Positions 15,956 through 24,879 are shown, numbered from the stretch's first letter. The stretch: 56,494 nucleotides of DNA from an uncultured Mycobacteriaceae bacterium (GCA_964615535.1 CAZTNV010000001.1:3012-59505), one strand, 5' to 3'. Notes: a model not told the origin generated them from the sequence alone. Made by a program: numbers and translations.

Positions 15956-17725
15956 ATGGCGAGACGATTGAGGCCGGTGGACGTGGTGCTGGTCGGGGTC
16001 GGCTGGACCGGCGGCATCCTGGCCAAGGAGCTGGCCGAGGCCGGCTATCGCGTGGTCGGGCTGGAGCGCGGCCGGTCGCGCCAGACGGTGCCGGACTTCC
16101 AGTCGCCGGCCATGCATGACGAGCTGCGCTATGCCGTGCGCCACGAGCTGATGCAGGACACCAGCCGCGAGACGATCACCTTCCGCAACCATGACGGCGA
16201 GACGGCGCTGCCGATGCGCCAGCTCGGCTCGTTCCTGCCGGGCACCGATCTGGGCGGCGGCGGGGTGCACTGGAACGGCCAGACCTTCCGCTTCCTGCCC
16301 AGCGACTTCCGGCAGCGCAGCCACGTCATCGAACGCTACGGCGCCGGCATCCTGGACGAGGATCTGACCGTCCAGGACTGGGGGGTGACCTACGACGAGC
16401 TCGAACCCCATTTCGACCGGTTCGAGTATCTGTGCGGCATCGGCGGGGTTGCCGGCAATCTGCGCGGCCGGCTCCGGCCGGGCGGCAACCCGTTCGAGGG
16501 GCCGCGCAGCCGCGACTACCCCAACCCGCCGATGAAGACGGCCTATGCCGGGGCGCTGTTCCGCGACGCCGCCGCGTCGCTCGGCCATCACCCCTTCCCG
16601 GTGCCCTCGGCCAATCTCACAAGGGCCTACGTCAATCCCGACGGCGCCGCGATGCAGCCCTGCATGTATTGCGGCTTCTGCGAGCGGTTCGGCTGCGAGC
16701 ATTTCGCCAAGTCCAGCCCGCAGATCACGGTGCTGCCCTTCGCCCTGGCCAATGCCAATTTCGAGCTGCGCACCCATGCCCATGTGCTGCGGGTCAACAC
16801 CGCCGAGGGCGGCCGGCGGGCCACCGGGGTGACCTATGTCGACGCGAGCGGCCGGGAGTTCGAGCAGCCGGCCGGGCTGGTCGTGCTGTGCGCCTATGCC
16901 TACAACAATGTCCGGCTGATGCTGCTGTCGGGCATCGGCCGGCCCTACGATCCGCGCACCGGCGAGGGCACGCTGGGCCGGAACTACTGCTACCAGACCA
17001 TGGGCTCGGCGCAGGTGTTCTACGAGGACGACCGCCGGCTCAACCCGTTCATGGGCGCCGGCGCGCTGGGCGTGGTGATCGACGATTTCAACGGCGACAA
17101 TTTCGACCATGCCGGGCTGGGCTTCATCGGCGGGTCCTATATCGCCGCCTATACCACCGGCGGCCGGCCGATCCATTTCCACCCGGTGCCGAAGGGGACA
17201 CCGCGCTGGGGCCGGGCGTGGAAGCAGGCGGTCGCCTTCCACTACAACCGCACCGCTACGATCAGCGTCCACGGCAGCTCGATGGCCAGCCGCGGCAACC
17301 ATCTCGACCTCGACCCGACCTACACCGACGTCTACGGCCAGCCGCTACTGCGCATGACCTTCGACTTCCCCGACAACGACCGGCGCATGTCGCGCTGGGT
17401 CACCGCGCGGGCCGAGGAGGTCGCCCGCGCCATGGGCGGCGCCCGGGTCTCGGCCAGCCCGGTCGACGACCGTTACAGCATCGTGCCCTACCAGACCACG
17501 CACAACACCGGCGGCGCGATCATGGGCGCCGATCCGCGGACCAGCGTGGTCAACCGGTATCTGCAATGCTGGGACGTGCCCAACCTGTTCGTCATGGGCG
17601 CCTCGGCCTTCCCGCAGAATGCCGGCTACAACCCGACCGCCACGGTCGGGGCGCTGACCTACTGGTCGCTCCGCGCCATGCTGGAGGACTACCTGCCCGA
17701 TCCCCGGCCGCTGGTGCAGCCATGA
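15956..17725 (+). CDS. GMC-family FAD flavoprotein dehydrogenase large subunit (gluconate 2-dehydrogenase alpha-chain family)
   Basis: Rossmann motif VDVVLVGVGWTGGILAKELAEAGYRVVGLERG. Also CMYCGFCERFGCE and a C-terminal HNTGGAIMG..NLFVMGASAFPQNAGYNPT. Confidence 0.85.
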   Translation: MARRLRPVDVVLVGVGWTGGILAKELAEAGYRVVGLERGRSRQTVPDFQSPAMHDELRYAVRHELMQDTSRETITFRNHDGETALPMRQLGSFLPGTDLGGGGVHWNGQTFRFLPSDFRQRSHVIERYGAGILDEDLTVQDWGVTYDELEPHFDRFEYLCGIGGVAGNLRGRLRPGGNPFEGPRSRDYPNPPMKTAYAGALFRDAAASLGHHPFPVPSANLTRAYVNPDGAAMQPCMYCGFCERFGCEHFAKSSPQITVLPFALANANFELRTHAHVLRVNTAEGGRRATGVTYVDASGREFEQPAGLVVLCAYAYNNVRLMLLSGIGRPYDPRTGEGTLGRNYCYQTMGSAQVFYEDDRRLNPFMGAGALGVVIDDFNGDNFDHAGLGFIGGSYIAAYTTGGRPIHFHPVPKGTPRWGRAWKQAVAFHYNRTATISVHGSSMASRGNHLDLDPTYTDVYGQPLLRMTFDFPDNDRRMSRWVTARAEEVARAMGGARVSASPVDDRYSIVPYQTTHNTGGAIMGADPRTSVVNRYLQCWDVPNLFVMGASAFPQNAGYNPTATVGALTYWSLRAMLEDYLPDPRPLVQP

Positions 17726-18615
17726 GCCCCGGCGCCCGGCGGATCGTGTTCGGGGTCGTGATCGCCGTGGTCGCGGGCGGCGCGATCCTGGCCGTGGCCC
17801 TCGCGCCGGAGGATATCGGCTATCGCACCCGTACCCTGGCCACCGGCGAGCCGCCCGAGACCCCGCCGATGGCCACGACGCCCCGCGGCGTGCCTCCCGG
17901 CGAGGCGCCGCCGACCGGGATCGGCCCGGTCGGCCCGGCCCGGCCCGACCGCCGGCCGGCCGCGCCCGGCGAGCCGGCGCCCGCGGGTCCCGACCTCGAG
18001 AACGGCCGGCTGGTCGCGGTCGGCGGCTCGGCGGGCGGGCCGCGCGCCGCCTGCTTCACCTGCCACGGGCTGAACGGGGCCGGCGACACCTCCGGCGCCT
18101 TCCCGCGGCTGTCCGGGCTGGACGCCTGGTACATGTACAAGCAGCTCCGGGACTACGCCGCCGGATCGCGGCCCAACGAGATCATGAGCCCGATCGCCCG
18201 GGCGCTGACCCAGGCCGAGATGGAGGACGTGTCGGCCTATTACGCCGGCTTCCGGGACGCCCCCTACCCGCCGCAACCCGACGCCGATCCGCTGACCATC
18301 CAGCGCGGGGCGGCGATCTCCGCGATCGGCGCCAGCGAGCGCGGCGTGCAGGCCTGCGTCAACTGTCACGGCCCGGCCGGCATGGGCATGGGACCGGGCT
18401 TCCCCCAACTGGCCGGCCAGTATGCCCGCTACGCTGCGCTGCAGCTCACCCTGTGGCAGCAGGGCGTGCGGCGGAACGATCCGCTCGAGGTCATGGCCAA
18501 TGTCGCGCGCCGGCTGACCGGCGACGACATCCGGGCGGTGTCGCTGTACTTCCAGGCGGTGCGGCCGTTCGGGGCGGCCGGTGCGGCGGAGTCCGCGGCC
18601 GCGGCTGCGCCATGA
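17722..18615 (+). CDS. Membrane-anchored diheme cytochrome c4-like protein
   Basis: ATGA overlap with the dehydrogenase stop. N-terminal TM helix, Pro-rich linker, then two heme motifs (CFTCHG, CVNCHG), each followed by a FPRLSG / FPQLAGQ c4-type segment. Confidence 0.8.
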   Translation: MSPGARRIVFGVVIAVVAGGAILAVALAPEDIGYRTRTLATGEPPETPPMATTPRGVPPGEAPPTGIGPVGPARPDRRPAAPGEPAPAGPDLENGRLVAVGGSAGGPRAACFTCHGLNGAGDTSGAFPRLSGLDAWYMYKQLRDYAAGSRPNEIMSPIARALTQAEMEDVSAYYAGFRDAPYPPQPDADPLTIQRGAAISAIGASERGVQACVNCHGPAGMGMGPGFPQLAGQYARYAALQLTLWQQGVRRNDPLEVMANVARRLTGDDIRAVSLYFQAVRPFGAAGAAESAAAAAP

Positions 18616-19019
18616 GCCGGCAGGGCCTGACGATCGGCGCGGCGATGGCCGGGCTGGCCCTGGCCGGCTGCGAGGAGCGCGCCCGGGTGCCGGCGCATCT
18701 CCAGGTGCCGGGCGGCGATCCGGAGATCGGCCGGGCGATCATGGCCGATGCCGGCTATGGCTGCGGCGGCTGCCATGTCATCCCGGGGGTGCGCGGCGCG
18801 CTGGGCACCGCCGGCCCGCCGCTCACGGCCTACGCGCTGCGCGGCTACGTCGCCGGACAGGTGCCCAACCGGCCGGGCGCGCTGGTCGCCTGGCTGGTCG
18901 ACCCGCCGGCCATCGCGCCCGGCACGGCAATGCCGGCGACCGGCCTCGACGAGGCCGGGGCGCGGCACGTCGCGGCCTATCTGTACACGCTCGGGGACGA
19001 CCGGGGTTGGCCATGGTGA
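18612..19019 (+). CDS. c-type cytochrome lipoprotein
   Basis: ATGA overlap with the upstream stop. Lipobox LALAGC, heme motif CGGCHVIPGV, PGTAMP. Paralogue of the 13658..14263 gene. Confidence 0.8.
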   Translation: MSRQGLTIGAAMAGLALAGCEERARVPAHLQVPGGDPEIGRAIMADAGYGCGGCHVIPGVRGALGTAGPPLTAYALRGYVAGQVPNRPGALVAWLVDPPAIAPGTAMPATGLDEAGARHVAAYLYTLGDDRGWPW

Positions 19020-20026
19020 CCGGCAGCGGCTCGCGGTTGACGCATCGATGGCCGGTCGCGGCCGCCCTTGCCCTGTCCGCCTGCTCGGGCATCCAGTCGG
19101 TCCACGATCCGGCCGGGCCGCACGCCGTGGCGGTCGGATGGATCGGCTGGGCGATGTATCTCGGCGCCGCGGCGATCTTCGCGAGTGTGATGATCGCGCT
19201 GGTCTATGCCTGGTTCGCCCGGCCCCGATCGCCACGCCCGGGCCGGCCCGGCGGCCTGGGCCTGGTGATCGCCGGCGGCATCGTGCTGCCGCTGGTCACG
19301 TTGTCGGTGCTGCTGGTCTTCGCCTTCCGGCTCAGCCGCGATCTCAATCCGGAGGTCGGGCCGGATGCGCTGCGGATCGAGGTGATCGGCCACATGTGGT
19401 GGTGGGAGGTGCGCTACCTCGACGATCAGGGCGGCCCGCCGGTGGTCTCGGCCAACGAGATCCGCATTCCGGCCGGACGGGACGTCGAGTTCATCCTGAC
19501 CGCGTCCGAGGTGATCCACAGCTTCTGGATACCCAATCTCGCCGGCAAGATGGACATGATCCCCGGCCGGATCAACCGGCTCCGGCTCCGGGCCGACCGG
19601 CCGGGCACCTGGCGGGGCCAGTGCGCCGAGTTCTGCGGCCTCCAGCATGCCTGGATGGCGTTCATGGTGGTCGCGCTGGAACCGGCGGCGTTCGACGACT
19701 GGTTCGCCCGCGAGCGCCGGCCGGCCGCGCCGCCGGCCGATCCGGTGCTGGCCCGCGGCCGCGACACCTTCGTCTCGGCCGGTTGCGGGTCCTGCCACGC
19801 GATCCGCGGCGTGCCCCGGGCGACCGGGCGGATCGGCCCCGACCTGACCCATGTCGGCAGCCGGCTGAGCCTGGGCGCCGGCGTCCTGCCCAACGGCATC
19901 GGCCCGCTGGCGGCGTGGATCGTGGAGAGCCAGCAGATCAAGCCCGGCAACCGCATGCCCTCGTTCAACCAGTTCGACGGCGAGACCCTGCGCGCGCTGG
20001 CGGGCTATCTGGAGAGCCTCCGATGA
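19013..20026 (+). CDS. coxB: Cytochrome c oxidase subunit II with C-terminal cytochrome c domain (caa3-type)
   Basis: Lipobox LALSAC. CuA site HSFWIPNLAGKMDMIPG..CAEFCGLQHAWM. C-terminal heme motif CGSCHAIRG and NRMPSF. Confidence 0.9.
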   Translation: MVTGSGSRLTHRWPVAAALALSACSGIQSVHDPAGPHAVAVGWIGWAMYLGAAAIFASVMIALVYAWFARPRSPRPGRPGGLGLVIAGGIVLPLVTLSVLLVFAFRLSRDLNPEVGPDALRIEVIGHMWWWEVRYLDDQGGPPVVSANEIRIPAGRDVEFILTASEVIHSFWIPNLAGKMDMIPGRINRLRLRADRPGTWRGQCAEFCGLQHAWMAFMVVALEPAAFDDWFARERRPAAPPADPVLARGRDTFVSAGCGSCHAIRGVPRATGRIGPDLTHVGSRLSLGAGVLPNGIGPLAAWIVESQQIKPGNRMPSFNQFDGETLRALAGYLESLR

Positions 20027-22536
20027 CCGTGGCCTACCGCACCCTGCCCGAGACCCCGGTCGACGAACGCCTCGAGCGGGTCTGGGAGGCGCCGCGCGGC
20101 TTCGCCGTCCTGAAGGAGATCAACAACACCAGTATCGGGTTCTACTACATCGTCACCGGCCTGTTCTTCTTCCTGGCGGCCGGCGTCATGGCGCTGCTGA
20201 TGCGCATCCAGTTGGCGGTGCCGGGCAACACCTTCCTCAGCGCCGAGGTCTACAACCAGGTCTTCACCATGCACGGCACGGTGATGATGTTCCTGTTCGC
20301 CGTGCCGATCATGGAGGGCATCGCGGTTTATCTGGTGCCGCTGATGCTGGGCGCCCGCGACCTGCCGTTTCCGCGGCTCAGCGCCTATGGCTACTGGTGC
20401 TATCTGCTGGGCGGGCTGATCGTGCTGAGCAGCCTGTTCTTCGGCGTGGCACCGGACAGCGGCTGGTTCATGTACCCGCCGCTCAGCTCGCAGCCCTGGT
20501 CGCCCGGCCTGGGGTCCGATTTCTGGCTGCTCGGGCTGGCGTTCATCGAGATCTCGGCGATCTCCGCGGCGATCGAACTGGTGGTCGGGATTCTCAAGAT
20601 GCGCGCGCCGGGCATGTCGATCAACCGGATGCCGCTGTTCGCCTGGTACATCCTGGTCACTGCCTTCATGATCATCTTCGGCTTCCCGCCGCTCCTGCTG
20701 GCCGATCTGCTGCTGGAGCTGGAGCGAACGGCGGGCCTGCCATTCTTCGATCCGGCGCGCGGCGGCGACGCGCTGCTGTGGCAGCACCTGTTCTGGCTGT
20801 TCGGCCATCCCGAGGTCTACATCATCTTCCTGCCGGCGGTCGGCATCGTCACCATGGTGCTGCCGACCTTCGCGAGGGTGCCGTTCTTCGGCTACGGTCT
20901 GGCGGTGCTGTCGGCGGTGTCGATCGGCTTTTTCAGCTTCGGGCTGTGGGTGCACCACATGTACGCCACCGGCCTGCCCCAGTTGTCGCTGAACTTCTTT
21001 TCCGGCGCCAGCGTCGCGATCGCGGTGCCCAACGGCATCCAGATCTTCGCGATCATCGCCACCCTGCTCAACGGCCGCCCGGTGCTCCGGGTGCCGATGC
21101 TGTTCGTGCTCGGCTTCATCTTCATTTTCGTGCTGGGCGGGCTGACCGGGGTGATGGTCGCGATCGTGCCCTATGACTGGCAGGTCCACGACACCTATTT
21201 CGTGGTCGCGCATCTGCATTACGTGCTGATCGGCGGCGCAGTGTTTCCGGTATTCGCCGGGCTGTACTACTGGCTGCCGCTGCATTCCGGGCGGCTGGCC
21301 TCGGAGACGCTGGGCCGCTGGGCGTTCGGGCTGATGTTCGTAGGGTTCAACCTGGCCTTCTTCCCGATGCACCTCACCGGCCTGATCGGGATGACCCGGC
21401 GCATCTACACCTATCCCGAGGGGCTCGGCTGGAGCGCGCTCAACATGGCCTCCACGATCGGCGCCTTCATCTTCGCGGCCGGCGTCGCGGTGACCATCTT
21501 CGACGTGTTCCGCCATTACCGGGCCGGGCGGCGGGCCGGGCACAATCCCTGGAACGCCGGTACGCTCGAATGGTGGGGGCCGACGCCGCAGATCCCGATG
21601 GGCACGCGCAGCGTGCCGGTGGTGACCAGCCCCTATCCGCTGTGGGACCAGCCGAGCCTGGCCGAGGACATCCAGCGCGGCCGGTTCTTCCTCGCCGCCG
21701 CGCCGGTCGGCCAGCGCGAGACCCTGCGCACCAGCGTGATCGAGGCGCGGCCGGAGCAGATCATCCGGCTGCCCCACCCGACCTGGGTACCGCTGCTGGC
21801 GGCGGTGGCGACGGCGGTAGTGTTCCTGTTCCTGATCTTCCAGGCCTATGTCGTCTCGGCCGTCGCCGCCGGCGTGGTCCTGGTGCTGCTCTGGCTCTGG
21901 CTGTGGCGGACCGAGGAGCAGCCGGCCGGCGCGACCGGGCCGGCCGGGATGGGGTTCGACCTGCCGGTCGGCGATTCCGGGCCGTCCTCGCATTCCTGGT
22001 GGGGGGTGGCGCTGCTGCTGCTGGTCGATGCCAGCATGTTCGGCTCGCTGGTGTTCGGCTACTATTTCCTGTGGACGACCCAGCCGGACAACTGGCCGCC
22101 CGCGGAGTTCGGCGACATCGGCCTGTGGCCGGCCGCGATCGCCGCCCTGCTGCTGGTCGCGGGCAGCGCCGCGGTGCATTGGGGCGATACCGGAATCCGC
22201 CGCGACCGCCGCCTGCGGCTGGCCGGCGGCATGATCCTGGGCGCGCTGCTGGCGCCGGCCGCGGCGGTCGCGCTGATCCTCACGGCCTGGCTGCCCGCGA
22301 TCGACGCCCGGGCGCATTCCTACGGCGCGGTGGTGTGGACCCTGATCGGCTACCAGATCGTTCATCTGGCGATCTGCCTGCTGATGGCCGCCTTCGTGCT
22401 GGCCCGACTGGGGGCCGGCCGGATGGCGGCGGGGCGGGCGGCGGCGGCGCGCAACAGCGCCCTGTTCTGGCATTACACGACCGGTCAGGGCCTGGTCGTG
22501 CTGGCGGTCGTCGCCCTGTCGCCGCTGGCGGTATGA
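20023..22536 (+). CDS. ctaD: Cytochrome c oxidase subunit I fused to a subunit III-like domain
   Basis: WLFGHPEVYIIFLPAVG, HHMYATG and VAHLHYVLIGGA (heme-copper site). About 230 aa of C-terminal subunit III-like helices end in LFWHYTTGQGLVVL. ATGA overlap with the coxB stop. Confidence 0.9.
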   Translation: MTVAYRTLPETPVDERLERVWEAPRGFAVLKEINNTSIGFYYIVTGLFFFLAAGVMALLMRIQLAVPGNTFLSAEVYNQVFTMHGTVMMFLFAVPIMEGIAVYLVPLMLGARDLPFPRLSAYGYWCYLLGGLIVLSSLFFGVAPDSGWFMYPPLSSQPWSPGLGSDFWLLGLAFIEISAISAAIELVVGILKMRAPGMSINRMPLFAWYILVTAFMIIFGFPPLLLADLLLELERTAGLPFFDPARGGDALLWQHLFWLFGHPEVYIIFLPAVGIVTMVLPTFARVPFFGYGLAVLSAVSIGFFSFGLWVHHMYATGLPQLSLNFFSGASVAIAVPNGIQIFAIIATLLNGRPVLRVPMLFVLGFIFIFVLGGLTGVMVAIVPYDWQVHDTYFVVAHLHYVLIGGAVFPVFAGLYYWLPLHSGRLASETLGRWAFGLMFVGFNLAFFPMHLTGLIGMTRRIYTYPEGLGWSALNMASTIGAFIFAAGVAVTIFDVFRHYRAGRRAGHNPWNAGTLEWWGPTPQIPMGTRSVPVVTSPYPLWDQPSLAEDIQRGRFFLAAAPVGQRETLRTSVIEARPEQIIRLPHPTWVPLLAAVATAVVFLFLIFQAYVVSAVAAGVVLVLLWLWLWRTEEQPAGATGPAGMGFDLPVGDSGPSSHSWWGVALLLLVDASMFGSLVFGYYFLWTTQPDNWPPAEFGDIGLWPAAIAALLLVAGSAAVHWGDTGIRRDRRLRLAGGMILGALLAPAAAVALILTAWLPAIDARAHSYGAVVWTLIGYQIVHLAICLLMAAFVLARLGAGRMAAGRAAAARNSALFWHYTTGQGLVVLAVVALSPLAV

Positions 22537-22549
22537 GACGGAGACGGCG

Positions 22550-22933
22550 ATGGCGTCGCTGGCCGCCCGCGAAAGCCTGATCGCGATGATCGCCGCGCCG
22601 CTGGTCTGGGCGGCGCATTTCCTGATCATCTATGTCTTCCAGGCGGTGATGTGCCATTTCCGGCTGGCCGGCGCCACCCTGTTCGGGCTGGACCTGGTGC
22701 GGCTGGGGATCGCCCTGGTCACGGTGGCGGCGCTCGGCCTGATCGGCTGGGTCCTGCTGACCGCCTGGGAGCGCTGGCGCAGCATCCCGGCCTCCGAGTC
22801 CAGCGACCCCGGGCATGCCGAGGAAACGCGCAGCCGCTTCCTGGCCTTCGCGACCTGGTCGCTGGCCGCGCTCTCGCTGGTCACGGTCGTCTGGCAGACC
22901 CTGCCGGCGCTGCTCCTGCCGGTCTGCCGGTAG
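22550..22933 (+). CDS. Small hypothetical membrane protein downstream of the oxidase genes
   Basis: GGAG lies 6 nt before the ATG. Three predicted TM helices, one with PLVWAAHFLIIYVF. The position suggests an oxidase accessory or subunit IV-like role, which is inference only. Confidence 0.55.
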   Translation: MASLAARESLIAMIAAPLVWAAHFLIIYVFQAVMCHFRLAGATLFGLDLVRLGIALVTVAALGLIGWVLLTAWERWRSIPASESSDPGHAEETRSRFLAFATWSLAALSLVTVVWQTLPALLLPVCR

Positions 22934-22958
22934 GCTTGATGCCCAAAGAAGCCTGTTT
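22932..22958 (+). terminator. Weak hairpin (AGGCTT..AAGCCT) followed by GTTT after the last oxidase-operon gene
   Basis: 6 bp stem with an 11 nt loop read directly. Short stem and poor U-tract, so weak. Confidence 0.3.
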
Positions 22959-23246
22959 CGAGGGCGTTGGCGCACAAATCGGTCAGGGCAGCGGCGGGGC
23001 TGTCAGCGCGACCGCCAGACCATCGCCCGGCGGGGGGTGCCTCGGCTGGCAGCGGGCGACCGGCTACGTCCGCCGGTCCGTGGCCGAGACCGCGAAGTTT
23101 ATCTCTTAAAAGTTGAGCGTGCGACGCCTGCGCGCCCGGAGTCTGTCTGGCCAGAAGGCCGAAGCCCGATTGGGCTGCGCCGCGATCAGTCGGATGACTC
23201 AGTTCGGCATGCCGACATCGGCGATTTGCGCACCGAAGCCAGCGCA

Positions 23247-23367
23247 TGGCCATTCTGGCCATTCTGGCGGCCGCGGCGGTCAGCGCGCCGGACGTCACGG
23301 TTTGTCACGGTTTGTCACGGCGGGGGTGCGGCCGCTTTTGAACGCGTGGTCGTTCGTGGTCATTCGT
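23247..23367. repeat. Cluster of three short tandem direct repeats with 9-10 bp units
   Basis: tggccattc x2 plus tggc (23247-23268); gtcacggttt x2 plus gtcacgg (23294-23320); gtggtcgttc/gtggtcattc (23346-23367). All lie in a lower-GC region with no convincing long coding frame. Confidence 0.7.
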
Positions 23368-23464
23368 AACCTCCGGGCCCCGCCGAAGGCCGCTGGGAAC
23401 CGCGGCCTGTAGGACGATATTCCTCTGCCGGGATCATGGCAACGGCGGCGCGCGCCGTGACGTT

Positions 23465-23689
23465 TCAGGGCGGTCGACCCGACCCGCCCGGTGCCTGGCG
23501 GCCCGCCGGCCGTCGGCGGCGGTCGCAAACCTTGCAGTCGCCGATACCGCGCGCATCGCTGACGCGTTCCAGCGGGTTCGTGCCGGCGATCTCCGGCCGG
23601 TGCTCCTCGGGGACGTCCATGCAGGCGAATCCGTCCTCGCGCGAAGCGTTCACGTGGGCGGCGCACCGCGTGGCGGGTGCATGGGCCAA
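23465..23689 (-). CDS. Hypothetical small Cys-containing protein (74 aa), possibly a degenerate BFD-like [2Fe-2S] domain protein or a gene remnant
   Basis: Third-position GC in this frame is coding-like. Sequence ..FACMDVPEEHRPEIAGTNPLERVSDARGIGDCKVCD.. carries a C-terminal CxxC. It is divergent from the Fur-box promoter. No firm family assignment. Confidence 0.25.
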   Translation of the reverse strand: MAHAPATRCAAHVNASREDGFACMDVPEEHRPEIAGTNPLERVSDARGIGDCKVCDRRRRPAGRQAPGGSGRPP

Positions 23690-23806
23690 CGCGTTGCGTA
23701 TCCCATGAACCCTGCACTTTTGATTGGTAACGGGGACCCGCCGCCGCGCGCAGCCTCCTCGTACACCACACCGCAGGGCACTCCGCGACAGGCCGAAGCC
23801 TTGCGC

Positions 23807-23838
23807 TTGCGGTCTATGTAAGAATGATTATCATTCGC
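23807..23838 (+). promoter_or_regulatory. Sigma70-like promoter (TTGCGG, 16 nt spacer, TATCAT) overlapped by a Fur box
   Basis: AAGAATGATTATCATTCGC (23820-23838) matches the GATAATGATAATCATTATC consensus at 14 of 19 positions, with the palindromic core AATGAT-T-ATCATT. It lies 34 nt upstream of the araC-family ATG at 23872. Confidence 0.55.
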
Positions 23839-23871
23839 ACCGCTATGCTCCATGGTTTGGAAGGGGACGAC

Positions 23872-24879
23872 ATGATCGCTAGCACAGGCGAGCCTGCGGC
23901 CAGGCGGCTCTTCGATCGGGCGATCAGGCATTACCAGCGGGAGGGGGCGGCGCATTTCCTGGTGGAGACGGCATCGAGCCGTCATGCGCATCTGCGAAAC
24001 CTGGAGGGCGACGGACACATGGAAATGCGTGTGTTCGACAGTGGGCTGACCATTGGCCGCGGCGTCTACCGGCTCGACCGCGAACGTACGCAGGTCTTCA
24101 GCGCGATCCGCTCTCCGATCGGCTTCAGCATCATTCTGTCCGGGCATTTCGACCTGTCGATTCCTGCGCTGGGCGTACATGAGACGGTCCGGAAGGATCG
24201 CGTCTGGCTGCGCAGCGGCACCTTGCCTTCGGTACGGTTCCGCGAGCCGGCGGAGATCTGGATGCGCGGCGTGTCGGTGGACATGGACGATGCCCAGCTC
24301 GCGGCCTGGCGGGAGGACGGCCTGACCGCGGCCGGCGGTCTGGGACGGCTGGCGCGGCTGGCGGAGGAGCGGCGCTGCGAACAATTGCCGGCCGAGGCGG
24401 GCAACGGCGTGCGGGAGATCGCCAGCCGCATGCTGTCGGTGGACGACACGACCGTGTGCGGGCGCCTCCATCTGGAATCGCTCGGCCTTGAAATGCTGGC
24501 CCGCCTCGTCGATCCCGAGGCCTCGATCCGCGCGGCCGCCCAGGCCGGGTCGGGCCCGCCGTGCCGCACCGCGCTGGATGATGCGGCCGACATCCTGACC
24601 GCCGAATTCGACGATCCGCCGACCATCAGCCAGCTCTCCCGGCGTGTCGGTATGAACGAATGCTATCTGAAGGCCCGTTTCCGGGTGCGGTTCGGCATGA
24701 CCGTCGGCGGCTTCGTGCGCACGGTCCGCATGCGGAAGGCCCATGCCCTGATCATCGGCGAGGGCTGCACGGTCCAGCAGGCCGCGGCCCTGGTCGGCTA
24801 CACCAATGCCAGCCATTTCGCGGTGGCGTTCCGCGCGGTTCACGGGGTCCTGCCCTCCGATCTCAGGCGCCGCCCCTGA
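23872..24879 (+). CDS. AraC-family transcriptional regulator (YbtA/PchR-like siderophore regulator by context)
   Basis: C-terminal double HTH: ISQLSRRVGMNECYLKARFRVRFGMTVGGFVR..AAALVGYTNASHFAVAFRAVHGVLPSDLRR. ATG at 23872 follows GGAAGGGGA. The in-frame ATGs at 23824 and 23845 fall inside or immediately downstream of the predicted promoter/Fur box. Confidence 0.8.
   Translation: MIASTGEPAARRLFDRAIRHYQREGAAHFLVETASSRHAHLRNLEGDGHMEMRVFDSGLTIGRGVYRLDRERTQVFSAIRSPIGFSIILSGHFDLSIPALGVHETVRKDRVWLRSGTLPSVRFREPAEIWMRGVSVDMDDAQLAAWREDGLTAAGGLGRLARLAEERRCEQLPAEAGNGVREIASRMLSVDDTTVCGRLHLESLGLEMLARLVDPEASIRAAAQAGSGPPCRTALDDAADILTAEFDDPPTISQLSRRVGMNECYLKARFRVRFGMTVGGFVRTVRMRKAHALIIGEGCTVQQAAALVGYTNASHFAVAFRAVHGVLPSDLRRRP

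Noticed and set aside
14079-16026. ORFs 14079..15113 (+) and 14605..16026 (-) spanning the intergenic region and dehydrogenase genes
   Set aside because: They overlap better-supported frames (cytochrome c, gamma subunit, GMC dehydrogenase) and show no motifs.
23247-23367. Short tandem repeats considered as a CRISPR array or iterons
   Set aside because: The units are only 9-10 bp, directly abutting with no spacers, present in 2-3 copies each, and of three different sequences. This does not fit CRISPR, and there is no replication gene nearby to support iterons.
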